This document shows, piece by piece, positions 17,874 through 27,252 of a stretch of DNA of 64,000 nucleotides. The DNA comes from Symbiobacterium sp. (GTDB lineage Bacteria > Bacillota > Sulfobacillia > UBA995 > UBA9673). Below the pieces are notes generated by a model, which saw only the letters and a list, made by a program, of their open reading frames with translations, had not been told where the DNA came from and did no database searches. The stretch covers positions 32,157 through 96,156 of the forward strand of contig DYFB01000015.1 in the NCBI GenBank assembly GCA_020725405.1. Direction: 5' to 3'. Numbering within the stretch: position 1 is the first letter of the stretch; every line of letters begins with the position of its first letter. The position numbers and the translations under genes are program-made.

Positions 17874-19787
17874 ACGGGTCGTATAGTCGTCCTCGACGAG
17901 GTCACCGCAGGGCGCATCGCCGCCGGCGAGGTGGTTGAGCGGCCGGCCTCCGTGGTCAAGGAGCTCGTGGAGAACGCCCTGGACGCGGGAGCCTGTCGCA
18001 TCGATGTCGAGATAGAGGATGGCGGGCTCTCACTGGTCAAGGTGGCCGACGACGGCGAGGGGATGGACGCCGCCGACGCCCGCCTGGCCTTCGAACGACA
18101 CGCAACGAGCAAGCTTGTCCACCCCGATGACCTCGCCGGAGTCACGACCTTCGGCTTCCGAGGCGAGGCCCTGCCGTCCATCGGGTCGGTCAGCCGGGTT
18201 AGGCTCCTTACCGGCCGGGAAGACTCGGGCGAGGGCACCGAGGTTACCTGGGAGGGAGGGCGCCTCGTGGGGGTGCGCCCCGGACCCGCCCGGACGGGCA
18301 CGGTGGTCTGGGTGCGCGATCTCTTCTTCAACACCCCTGCGCGGCGGCGGGCCATGCGCTCGCCGTCGGCCGAGGCGGCACGGGTGAGCGAAGTTCTCGC
18401 TTCCGCGGCTCTGGCCGCGCCGGGCGTGGCGGTCAGTCTGACGAGCGACGGGCGCTTCGCGTGGGCCACACCTGGAACCGGCCGGGTCGAAGACGCGGCG
18501 GCCGGTGTCTTCGGCGGGGGCTTCGTCCGGGACATGGTGACCGTGGACCGGACGACCGGGGAGGTGAGGGTGAGCGGTCTTGTCGGCCTCCCGAGGGTCT
18601 CGCGGCGGGATGGCCGGCGCCAGTATCTCTCATGCAACGGGCGGCCGATAGCCCCCCAGCTCCTCCGGCGGGCCGTGGAGGGCGCCTACACCGGCCTCCT
18701 CGAGTCGGGTCGGACACCGGTATTCGTTCTGGACGTGCGCCTCGCGGCCGGTGAGGTGGACGTAAACCTCCACCCGGCCAAGACCTTCATCCGCTTCCGC
18801 GACCATGGCTCCGTGCACCGGGCCGTGGCCGCGGCCGTCAGCCAGGCCCTGGCCGGGGCCGACCTCATGGCCTCCGGGCTCGCGTCCGCGGCCCGCCGGG
18901 ACGGCCGCCGGGGCTCTCACGGACTCGCGGGGACCCGGCCGGACTTTCGGCCCGACCTCTGGGGGCCGGCCGACCACGCCCTCTGGGCCGCCGCAACAAC
19001 GGGGGGGAGACCGCCGGGCGGAGTGGGGGAGGGCTCGACCCCGCTCCACCCTCAAGAGACCACGGGAGGCGCCGTCACGCCTGAGGCCGCCTCGACCGGC
19101 CGCCGACCCACCGGAGACCCGGGGGAGACGGTCCTTCCCGTCCTCGAGCCTCTCGGGCAGGTGGCGGAGACCTTCATCGTCGCTCGTGGTCCGGACGGTC
19201 TCTACGTCGTCGACCAGCACGCCGCGCATGAGAGGATCATCTACGAACGCCTGCTCTCCCGCCTGACCGGCGGGAGAGAGGAGATCGCGGCCGGGCGGGA
19301 CGGGGAGGATGGCCCGGTCGCCAGTCCGTCGTCGCAGATCCTGGCGGTTCCGGTGACTCTGGACCTCGCTCCCGGAGAGGCGGAGGCCGTCTCGCGCAGC
19401 TTGGGTTTCCTGCGGGCGGTCGGCTTCGACCTCGAGTCATTCGGCGGCCGGACCGTCGTCATCCGGGCCGTCCCGGCGCCCCTGACGGGAGTCCCGCCGG
19501 CACGCCTGGTGACCGACTTCCTCGACCGGCTTGATGAGGAGGAGCGCTCCTGTCCGGGTCCGTCGGCCCGGCGGGGGCTCGAGGTCGGCTTCGACGAGGC
19601 CCGAGCCCTGAGGGCGATGGCGGCCTGCCGGGCGGCCCTCAAGGCCGGAGAACCCCTCTCGCCCGAGACGATGCTGGCCCTGCTTCAGGACCTCGCCGCG
19701 ACAACCGAACCGCGGACCTGCCCGCACGGGCGCCCGACCGTCCTCCGAATCGGCCTTGAGGACCTCAGAAGAGAGTTCAGCCGGTGA
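17874..19787 (+). CDS. mutL: DNA mismatch repair protein MutL (apparent ACG start)
   Basis: IAAGEVVERPASVVKELVEN, HATSK, GFRGEAL, DQHAAHER, CPHGRP; the conserved N-terminus lies upstream of GTG 17931. Confidence 0.93.
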   Translation, partial: TGRIVVLDEVTAGRIAAGEVVERPASVVKELVENALDAGACRIDVEIEDGGLSLVKVADDGEGMDAADARLAFERHATSKLVHPDDLAGVTTFGFRGEALPSIGSVSRVRLLTGREDSGEGTEVTWEGGRLVGVRPGPARTGTVVWVRDLFFNTPARRRAMRSPSAEAARVSEVLASAALAAPGVAVSLTSDGRFAWATPGTGRVEDAAAGVFGGGFVRDMVTVDRTTGEVRVSGLVGLPRVSRRDGRRQYLSCNGRPIAPQLLRRAVEGAYTGLLESGRTPVFVLDVRLAAGEVDVNLHPAKTFIRFRDHGSVHRAVAAAVSQALAGADLMASGLASAARRDGRRGSHGLAGTRPDFRPDLWGPADHALWAAATTGGRPPGGVGEGSTPLHPQETTGGAVTPEAASTGRRPTGDPGETVLPVLEPLGQVAETFIVARGPDGLYVVDQHAAHERIIYERLLSRLTGGREEIAAGRDGEDGPVASPSSQILAVPVTLDLAPGEAEAVSRSLGFLRAVGFDLESFGGRTVVIRAVPAPLTGVPPARLVTDFLDRLDEEERSCPGPSARRGLEVGFDEARALRAMAACRAALKAGEPLSPETMLALLQDLAATTEPRTCPHGRPTVLRIGLEDLRREFSR

Positions 19788-20725
19788 TTCTGGTCATCAC
19801 CGGACCGACGGCGGTCGGGAAGACCGAGGTGACCCTGGCTCTGGCGCATCGGCTGGAAGGCGAGGTGGTCTCGGCCGACTCGATGCAGGTGTACCGCTTC
19901 ATGGATATCGGCACCGCCAAGCCCTCGCCGGAGGAGCGGGCCGCCGTCCCGCACCACCTCATCGATATCGTCGACCCGGACGAGCCGTTCAGTGTCGCCG
20001 ACTGGGTCGCCCTCGCCCGGTTACGGCTTGAGGAGATCGCCGCTCGGGCTCGGACACCGCTGGTTTCCGGCGGAACCCCACTTTACCTCGAAGCCCTGTT
20101 CGGGCGGTTCGCCCTACCCGAAGGCGCCGCCCCTGACCCGGCCCTCCGGAGACGGCTCGGCAGGTTGGCCTCGACCTACGGTCCGCTCTACCTCCACCGC
20201 AAGCTCCAGGCTGTGGACCCGCCGGCCGCCCGACGCATCCATCCGTCCGACCTCAAACGCACCATAAGAGCTCTGGAGGTGTACCTTACTACGGGACGAC
20301 CGCTGTCGCGCCTGGAGCGGCTCGGGCGAGCGCCATCCGGGTCGGCCGGCGGGGGGAGAGGGGAGACCCCCTTCTTCTTCGGACTCTGGCGGCCGCGCAC
20401 GGAACTGGCGGCCCGGATAGAGGAGCGCGTCCGGGCCATGGTCAGACGCGGGCTCGTGGGTGAGGTGGAGCGCCTCCTCGCCCGGGGCTACGGGCCCGAC
20501 CTTCCTTCGATGCAGGCCGTCGGGTATAAGGAGATCGCCGCCTACATCGGCGGGCGCACCAGTCTCGAGGAGGCGTTGGCGTCCGTGGTCCGGAACACCC
20601 GGCGGCTAGCCAAGCGGCAGATGACCTGGCTCAAGGCGGACCCACGTATACGCTGGCTCAGAGCGGGTATGAATACGCAGGATACCGTGGAAGATATTGT
20701 TACCTCTCTGGGAGGAAAGGCATGA
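19784..20725 (+). CDS. miaA: tRNA dimethylallyltransferase
   Basis: [27 protein letters not shown]. Confidence 0.96.
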   Translation: MILVITGPTAVGKTEVTLALAHRLEGEVVSADSMQVYRFMDIGTAKPSPEERAAVPHHLIDIVDPDEPFSVADWVALARLRLEEIAARARTPLVSGGTPLYLEALFGRFALPEGAAPDPALRRRLGRLASTYGPLYLHRKLQAVDPPAARRIHPSDLKRTIRALEVYLTTGRPLSRLERLGRAPSGSAGGGRGETPFFFGLWRPRTELAARIEERVRAMVRRGLVGEVERLLARGYGPDLPSMQAVGYKEIAAYIGGRTSLEEALASVVRNTRRLAKRQMTWLKADPRIRWLRAGMNTQDTVEDIVTSLGGKA

Positions 20726-20787
20726 GCGGCCAACGAATGCTTGTCCCCGCGCACGGCCAGCGAAGCTTGAGGAGAGATACAAGGATA

Positions 20788-21054
20788 ATGGCGAGAACCC
20801 TGACGAACCTCCAGGACGCGGTCCTGAACCAGATCCGCAAGGAGAACATACCCGTTACGGTCTATCTCGTGAACGGGGTGCAGCTGAAGGGAGTCATCAG
20901 GGCCTTCGACAACTTCACCGTCCTCCTCGAGTACGAGGGCAAGCAGCTCATGGTCTACAAGCACGCCATCTCGACGGTCAGTCCGGTCAAGGCCGTAAAC
21001 TACTCAGCCGGGGCTGAGCGGCGGCCCGCCGGACCCGAGCCCCCGAACGGCTGA
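20788..21054 (+). CDS. hfq: RNA chaperone Hfq
   Basis: [31 protein letters not shown]. Confidence 0.96.
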   Translation: MARTLTNLQDAVLNQIRKENIPVTVYLVNGVQLKGVIRAFDNFTVLLEYEGKQLMVYKHAISTVSPVKAVNYSAGAERRPAGPEPPNG

Positions 21055-21238
21055 TCCGGCGGGCCAGCCAGTTTTATCCTAACGCCCCGCTTCGGCCGGC
21101 GTCCGGGCTCCACGCCAAGGGCTACTTCCACACTTCCCCCCACTAGCTGCGTATTATGTACGGCCGCCCGGCGGATTTCCTGCCGCGGCTGCGAAGGTTT
21201 CCAGGAGAGACGCGGCGTCCGCAGCCGCGGGGGGACGC

Positions 21239-22261
21239 ATGACGAGACCATTCGGGAGGCCTGTCCCGTCCGGGCGCCACAGGCCCGGCGGAGCGCTGGT
21301 CGATGATGTGATGGGTCGCCTCGAGCGGGGTGAGACAACCCCGGGCGAGGCCTTTCGAGCTTTCCGGCTAACTACGTCAGAGGCCGACGCCAGGGGGCAG
21401 AGCCTGGAGCCGGCCGGGGACCAGAAGCTTCACGAGACCTTCGAGGAGCTTGACGCCCTCGTCGGGCTGACCAGCGTGAAGAGGCTCGTCCGGGAGCTTC
21501 ACGCCTTCATCGTCATCCAGCGCCAGCGCAGGCTCGAGGGGCTGGCGACGGAACCTCTTGTCCTCCACATGATCTTCAAGGGCAACCCCGGGACGGGGAA
21601 GACAACGGTCGCCCGCATTCTCGGACGGGTTCTCAGGACGAGCGGCGTGCTGCAGAAGGGCCACCTCGTGGAGTGCGAGCGGGCCGATCTCGTCGGCGAG
21701 TACATCGGCCACACCGCCCAGAAGACCCGTGAGCAGATAAGAAGGGCCCTAGGCGGCATCCTCTTCGTCGACGAGGGCTATTCGCTGGCCCGCGGGGGTG
21801 ATAAGGACTTCGGTAAGGAAGCTATCGATACCCTGGTCAAGGCCATGGAGGACCACAAGGACGAGCTCGTGGTCATCCTGGCCGGGTACCGCAACGAAAT
21901 GCAGCAGTTCATCGAGTCCAATCCGGGTCTCAAGTCGCGGTTCCCTATCCAGATAGACTTCCCTGACTTCAGCTTGGAGGAGCTGATGGAGATAGCGGAC
22001 CGCATGCTGAAGCAGCGCCAGTACACCCTGACCCCCGAGGCAAGACAGGCCGTGCGAACCCGGCTCCTGTGTCACCGCCGCCTCCCCTACGGAGACGAGA
22101 ACGCCGGAAACGCAAGGCTCGTCCGGAATCTCATCGAGCGGGCCATCCGCCGCCAGGCCCTCCGGCTTGTGTCGCGCCCCTCGGTCTCGCGGTCCGACCT
22201 CCTTACCATCGAGGCCTGCGATGTCGCCGACGACAGTGAGACAGGACCTGACCCGACTTGA
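21239..22261 (+). CDS. spoVK: stage V sporulation protein K (CbbX-like AAA+ ATPase); start approximate
   Basis: LHMIFKGNPGTGKTT, DLVGEYIGHTA, DFGKEAIDTL, NPGLKSRF, GNAR. Confidence 0.9.
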   Translation: MTRPFGRPVPSGRHRPGGALVDDVMGRLERGETTPGEAFRAFRLTTSEADARGQSLEPAGDQKLHETFEELDALVGLTSVKRLVRELHAFIVIQRQRRLEGLATEPLVLHMIFKGNPGTGKTTVARILGRVLRTSGVLQKGHLVECERADLVGEYIGHTAQKTREQIRRALGGILFVDEGYSLARGGDKDFGKEAIDTLVKAMEDHKDELVVILAGYRNEMQQFIESNPGLKSRFPIQIDFPDFSLEELMEIADRMLKQRQYTLTPEARQAVRTRLLCHRRLPYGDENAGNARLVRNLIERAIRRQALRLVSRPSVSRSDLLTIEACDVADDSETGPDPT

Positions 22262-22842
22262 AGGAGGCACTGGTCATTGGGAGACCCAACGTCGGGAAGA
22301 CCCTGTTCACGGTGAACTTCGCCGAGCACCTCGGCCAGAAGCGTCTGGAGGTCATGTTCCGGCCCCGGGACGGGGCGACCTACACCCGGGTCTACTCCAT
22401 CGCCGGGGCTCGCGCCGACCTCGTCGGAGAGGGACTCCACCGCACTCTCGGTCTTCAGTCGGTCGTCCTCCGGGTCCCGAAAGGCAAGTCCGTCCGTCGG
22501 GTGGTCCTCACTGACAGCACCGGCCTCATCGACGACGTCCACCCGTCCTCGGTCGTCCGGCGGGCCATGGCCGACACCATCCGAGCGGTCAGCGAGGCCC
22601 ACCTCATCCTGCATCTCGTCGATCCTGTCGAGGGCGTCACCGGGGTGGATCTAGACATCCTGCGCTACGGGAAGACCCACGACGGCTACGCCGTCCTGGC
22701 CAACAAGGTGGACCTGCCCGGGCGGGCCGACCGGATTGCCGAGCTTTCCCGGTTGGCCACGCCCAGTCCGGTCTTCCCCGTCTCGGCCCTCCGCGGGACG
22801 GGTTTTCGGGAGGTCAGAGGGTTTGTCCGCAGGTGCCTTTAG
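22258..22842 (+). CDS. small Era/TRAFAC-like GTPase
   Basis: G1 GRPNVGKT, G3 DSTG, G4 NKVD, G5 VSA; TTGA overlap with spoVK. Confidence 0.8.
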   Translation: MKEALVIGRPNVGKTLFTVNFAEHLGQKRLEVMFRPRDGATYTRVYSIAGARADLVGEGLHRTLGLQSVVLRVPKGKSVRRVVLTDSTGLIDDVHPSSVVRRAMADTIRAVSEAHLILHLVDPVEGVTGVDLDILRYGKTHDGYAVLANKVDLPGRADRIAELSRLATPSPVFPVSALRGTGFREVRGFVRRCL

Positions 22843-22873
22843 CCTCGACCCGGCGGCCGCGGTGGGAGCGTTC

Positions 22874-23815
22874 ATGGCCGGAGGCGGCGTGGGCCTGGCC
22901 GTCTTTCTGACGGCTCTGACCGTCAAGGCCCTCGACGACCTCATCGACGAACCGGAGGGGCTCCTCTGGATGTCCGACGTCACCCGGGTGTTCGCCTACA
23001 GTCTCCTTTTCCTGGTCGCGGCCGCCGGCGTGGCTCCCGGAGCGACGGTGTCTCTCTTCCTCTGCGCCTACGCCCTCGGGATGGCCCCCACGCCCGGAGA
23101 GCGCCTCCCATCCGGCCTTCCCTCCTGGGCCGAGAGCCTGGGCGCCGTGCTCTTCGCCGCTCTTGTGACCGGACCGCTCGAGACCGCCGGCTCGCTCCTG
23201 CTCCTCGCGGGCATCCAGGTTGTCGACGACCTCTGGGATGTCGAGCGGGACCGGTCGGCTGGCACGGCCAACATCGCTCTCGCCGTGGGCCGCCGTGCGG
23301 CGGCGGCCCTCGCCGTGCTCTTCTTCGCCGGTGCGCTCCTGCTCTCACCGCCCAAGGCCCTGGCCGGGGCGGTCATGGCCGCCTGGCTCGTCTTCGGGCC
23401 CGGGCCTGCCCTGGGCCCGGTCCTCGGGTCCGGACGCGGGGAGGCCGTGTCCGTGGGGGTCGGGACTTGCACCGGCGGGGCCCGTGGCCAGCGGTCGCCC
23501 TTCGGCGCCGCCGCGGCCGGTGTCGCTTCCGTCACCTTGGCCGGTCTCGCGGCCGTCGTCCGGCCGGCCGGGTTCACCTTCTCCGGGGTGACCGCCCTCG
23601 GCGACCCTCAGCCGTGGCTCGGGGGGGTCATCCCGCTCGGCGGGGGCTCCTGGTTCATCTGGTTCGGGAGCCTGGCCCTGGCCGCCGCGGCCACCTCCGG
23701 CCTTCTTCTGGCCTACCGCCGCGGTCACGCGGCCGGCCTGTCCCGCGGCCGCGCCGCCCGTGAGGCTCTGAACCACCTGATGCGGCGGGCCGGACGCCTC
23801 GAACGGGACCTGTAG
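22874..23815 (+). CDS. polytopic membrane protein with two DDxxD motifs (UbiA-like)
   Basis: KALDDLID and QVVDDLWDVERD..G..N between hydrophobic segments. Confidence 0.6.
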   Translation: MAGGGVGLAVFLTALTVKALDDLIDEPEGLLWMSDVTRVFAYSLLFLVAAAGVAPGATVSLFLCAYALGMAPTPGERLPSGLPSWAESLGAVLFAALVTGPLETAGSLLLLAGIQVVDDLWDVERDRSAGTANIALAVGRRAAAALAVLFFAGALLLSPPKALAGAVMAAWLVFGPGPALGPVLGSGRGEAVSVGVGTCTGGARGQRSPFGAAAAGVASVTLAGLAAVVRPAGFTFSGVTALGDPQPWLGGVIPLGGGSWFIWFGSLALAAAATSGLLLAYRRGHAAGLSRGRAAREALNHLMRRAGRLERDL

Positions 23816-23895
23816 GGCTCCTCGGGGGACTCGCCGGGGCGCTGCCCAAGGGGTCCGGCCGCGCAGGCTCTGCTCTCTGACCGGCCTGCCTCTGG

Positions 23896-23925
23896 TTGTG
23901 GGCTTGGGGCGCTGGACGGTATAAT
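23896..23925 (+). promoter_or_regulatory. sigA-like promoter immediately before hflX
   Basis: TTGTGG-18-TATAAT. Confidence 0.5.
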
Positions 23926-23933
23926 GAGGCGCG

Positions 23934-25346
23934 ATGAACACCGACGCTGCCGATACCCGCTCATTCGCGCCCGAAGACGCCCTCGACGCTTCCGTGCCCT
24001 CCGACCCGGCCGCCGTCCCCGCGGCGCGGGACCAGCGGCCGCTCGAAACGACTCGGGGCACCCCCCGGGTTATCCTCGTCGGCCTGGACGACGCCGGACC
24101 CGAGGGGCCGGGGGCTGAGGAGTCACTGCAGGAGCTCGCCCTGCTCGTCGAGACGTGGGGAGGAGAGGTCGCGGGCTCGCTCGTCCAGCCCCGCCGGGAG
24201 CCCGACCCGGCCTGGTACGTCGGGCGCGGGAAGGTCAAGGAAATCGACGAACTCGCCCGGCGGCGGAGGGCCGACTTCGTCGTTACCGACACCGAGCTCA
24301 GCCCGGTGCAGCTGCGGAATCTCGAACGGGAGCTCGCCGTGGACGTCCTTGACCGGACCCAGGTCATCCTCGAGATCTTCGCCCGCCGGGCGCACAGCCG
24401 CGAGGGGAAGCTTCAGGTGGAGCTGGCCCGGGCCGTCTACGCCCTCCCGCGCCTGACCGGGAAGGGCGTCGTCCTCTCCAGGCTGGGCGGGGGCATCGGA
24501 ACCCGGGGACCGGGTGAGACGAAGCTTGAGGTAGACCGGAGGCGTCTGCGGGAGAGAATCGCCACCCTGCGCCGTGAGATCCGGGAGGTCGGCCGCCGCC
24601 GGGACATCCAGGCCCGGGAGAGACGCGAGGCCCTCCTACCTCTGGCCGCCCTGGTCGGGTACACCAACGCCGGCAAGTCGAGCCTCTTCAACCGTCTGAC
24701 CGGCTCCTCCGTCTTCGTCGAGGACCGCCTTTTCGCCACCCTGGACCCGGTAGTCCGCAGACTGGAGCTTCCGGGCGGTCAGACGATGCTCCTCAGCGAT
24801 ACCGTCGGCTTCGTCCGGAAGCTCCCTCACCATCTCATCGCCGCCTTCCGGGCCACGCTGGACGAGGTCAGAGAGGCCGATATCCTCCTTCACGTCATCG
24901 ACGCCTCGAACCCGGGGTGGCCCGACCAGGCCCGGGCGGCCGAGGATGTCCTCGCCGACATAGGGGTGGCCGCCTCTCCCGTTATCTACGTTCTCAACAA
25001 GATCGACCGCCTGGCCGGCGGCCCGTCGGAGGCCGAGGCGACGGCGGCGGCCGCCGAGCTCGGCCGCCGGGCCAAGGTCGTGAGCCTCTCGGCCCTGACC
25101 GGCCAGGGGGTGGAGGACCTCCTTCGGGTTCTCAGCGGCGAGCTCGCCTCGCGGCGGAGGGTCTTCCGCCTTCAGGTCCCCTACGACCGGTCCGACCTTC
25201 TGCCGCTCCTGCACGACCGGGGGCGTGTCCTGCGCAAGGAGTACACCGGTGACGGCGTCATCCTCGAGGTCGAGCTCGAGTCGGTCCTGGGACGCCGCGT
25301 CCAGGCCTCGCTCAACGACGGTCGATGGGAGGGAGGCGGCTCTTGA
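23934..25346 (+). CDS. hflX: ribosome-splitting GTPase HflX
   Basis: GGGIGTRGPGETKLE, GYTNAGKSSL, LFATLD, DTVGF, NKID. Confidence 0.95.
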   Translation: MNTDAADTRSFAPEDALDASVPSDPAAVPAARDQRPLETTRGTPRVILVGLDDAGPEGPGAEESLQELALLVETWGGEVAGSLVQPRREPDPAWYVGRGKVKEIDELARRRRADFVVTDTELSPVQLRNLERELAVDVLDRTQVILEIFARRAHSREGKLQVELARAVYALPRLTGKGVVLSRLGGGIGTRGPGETKLEVDRRRLRERIATLRREIREVGRRRDIQARERREALLPLAALVGYTNAGKSSLFNRLTGSSVFVEDRLFATLDPVVRRLELPGGQTMLLSDTVGFVRKLPHHLIAAFRATLDEVREADILLHVIDASNPGWPDQARAAEDVLADIGVAASPVIYVLNKIDRLAGGPSEAEATAAAAELGRRAKVVSLSALTGQGVEDLLRVLSGELASRRRVFRLQVPYDRSDLLPLLHDRGRVLRKEYTGDGVILEVELESVLGRRVQASLNDGRWEGGGS

Positions 25347-25834
25347 CGACCAGGCCGCCGGGAGAGGCGCCCGCGGCCGTCTCCCTCAGAGAGATCGACG
25401 GCGCGAACTGGCTGGAATGCGTGCGGCTGACCGTGTCCGAGGGCCAGAAGGGTATGGTGGCCACCAACGCCTTTTCCCTCTGCCAGGCCCGCTACGAGCC
25501 GGGCTGGAAGCCGCTCGCCGTGTACGAGAAGGACCGCATGGTGGGGTTTGTCATGTTCTCGGAGACCGCTCATCCGGAGTGGGGGTACTGGATCGTCCGG
25601 CTGATGATCGACAAGGCCCACCAGGGCCGCGGCCTCGGCCGGGCCACCCTCGTTGAGGTCCTCCGGCTGATGGCCGAGAAGCCCGATTGCCACGAGGTCT
25701 TCATCAGCCACCACCCGGAGAACAAGGCCGCCGACCGTCTCTACAGCTCGCGTGGGTTCGTGAGGACGGGGACCGTTCTCGACAACGGCGAGGTCGTCCG
25801 GGTCTGCCGGGCGCTCCAACCGGAGCCCCGCTAG
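25343..25834 (+). CDS. GNAT acetyltransferase (BltD/diamine acetyltransferase-like)
   Basis: RLMID..HQGRGLG, N..A..LY...GF. Confidence 0.8.
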   Translation: MTTRPPGEAPAAVSLREIDGANWLECVRLTVSEGQKGMVATNAFSLCQARYEPGWKPLAVYEKDRMVGFVMFSETAHPEWGYWIVRLMIDKAHQGRGLGRATLVEVLRLMAEKPDCHEVFISHHPENKAADRLYSSRGFVRTGTVLDNGEVVRVCRALQPEPR

Positions 25835-27105
25835 TCTCCGGCTCCGGGGGGCTCCGCTCCCGTTCCCGCCGGATCGGGGAAGACGTGGGCGGCCGTCGCC
25901 GCCTCAGGCGGCCAGATGGTCTCGTGTCTACCCCCGAGCACCTGGAGGATGACCGGGTTCATTGTCGCCTGGTTCTTGTACTTACCGAAGGACTCGAACC
26001 GGATGGGTCCGTAGACGGTCATTAGGCCGGTGTCGACCAGGGCCACCCGCAGGCGTTCGGGGTCCGTCGAGGCCGCTCGCTCCAGGACGTCGGCGGCGAC
26101 GCGCACCGCGGCGTAGGCCTGTGCGGCGTGATAGGTCGGGTACTGCCCGTAGCGGGCCCGGTAGGTCTCCGCGAACTCAGCCGTTCCCGGATAGCGCAGG
26201 GTTGGGGCCCAGGGCGCGACCGCGACGACGTGCTCGGCTGCCGGGCCGGCCTCGAGAATGAACTCCGGCAGAGCGAAACCGCCAGCCGCTCCGGCGAAGA
26301 GGCGGGCGGTCACCCCTTGTGCTCTCGCCTGCCGGACCAGCAGGGAGGCGTCCATGAGGTAGGAGACCATGAAGACGACGTCCGGGCGGCTCCCTTTGAT
26401 CCGCGCGAGGATAGGAGTGAAGTCGTCGATGTCTGGGTCGTAGCTCTGGTAGACGGGGACGTCGATCCAATTCTCCCAGCACCAGTTCCGCATAGCCCGG
26501 GCGGCGCTGGCCCCGAACTCGCCGCTCTCGTAGATGATGGCCACGGCTCGGGGCTTGACGACCTCTTTCAGAAAGCCGGTCAGGCCCAGGGCGAGGAGAC
26601 CGGCGGGCGGGTTCAGGCGGAAGACGTAGCGCCAGTCGTTTTGGGTTATCCCGTCGGCCGCGGCGCTGTCGATGAGGTACGGCACGCCGTACTTCTGGGC
26701 CACGCCGGCAACGGCCAGGCTGGCGGCTGAGGAGTACTCGCCGATGAGGAAGGTCACCCCGGATCCGGTTATCATCTCCTCGGCGAGAGCGGCGGCCGAG
26801 CCGGGCTCCCCGCCGGTGTCCCGGATGAGGAGGACTAGGGGGCGTCCGTCGACGCCGCCGCCGGCGTTGATCTCCTCGGCCGCCATCTCGTAGGCGTTCC
26901 GCTTCACCTGCCCGACGACGGCCTGGACCCCGGTGAGGGGGAGGGGGACCCCGATGGTGATGGGCCCGCCCTCGAAGGCGGGGTGCAGCTCCGACCGCCT
27001 CCAGGCGCATCCGGCCGGGGCGGGAGCAAGGGTCGCCGCCAGGACGGCCGAGGAGACGAGGGCCACGAGCGCCCGCGGCCTCCTTCCGGATCCTGGGCCG
27101 GCCAC
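25831..27105 (-). CDS. branched-chain amino acid ABC substrate-binding protein (LivJ-like), orphan
   Basis: IGVPLPLTG, EINAGGGVDG, GEYSS, YVFR; putative lipobox PAGC. Confidence 0.85.
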   Translation of the reverse strand: MAGPGSGRRPRALVALVSSAVLAATLAPAPAGCAWRRSELHPAFEGGPITIGVPLPLTGVQAVVGQVKRNAYEMAAEEINAGGGVDGRPLVLLIRDTGGEPGSAAALAEEMITGSGVTFLIGEYSSAASLAVAGVAQKYGVPYLIDSAAADGITQNDWRYVFRLNPPAGLLALGLTGFLKEVVKPRAVAIIYESGEFGASAARAMRNWCWENWIDVPVYQSYDPDIDDFTPILARIKGSRPDVVFMVSYLMDASLLVRQARAQGVTARLFAGAAGGFALPEFILEAGPAAEHVVAVAPWAPTLRYPGTAEFAETYRARYGQYPTYHAAQAYAAVRVAADVLERAASTDPERLRVALVDTGLMTVYGPIRFESFGKYKNQATMNPVILQVLGGRHETIWPPEAATAAHVFPDPAGTGAEPPGAGD

Positions 27106-27252
27106 TAGCACTCCTCCCCCCGGCGGGGCGACAGGGCCCCGGGCCCGGCCATCGGAAGGGTTGCCGGGCCTGACACGTAGAAAGCTATGTCCGGCGCGAC
27201 GGGAACTTGACACCCGGAGGACGGTCATCCGGCGGATGGGCGGTGGGAGGGC

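Noticed and set aside
15919..18637. Long alternative-frame and antisense ORFs (e.g. 15919-17886, 16799-18637; also 38991-40715, 60498-62159)
   Set aside because: Shadow ORFs expected at high GC: Arg/Pro/Gly-rich or antisense to well-supported genes, with no motifs.
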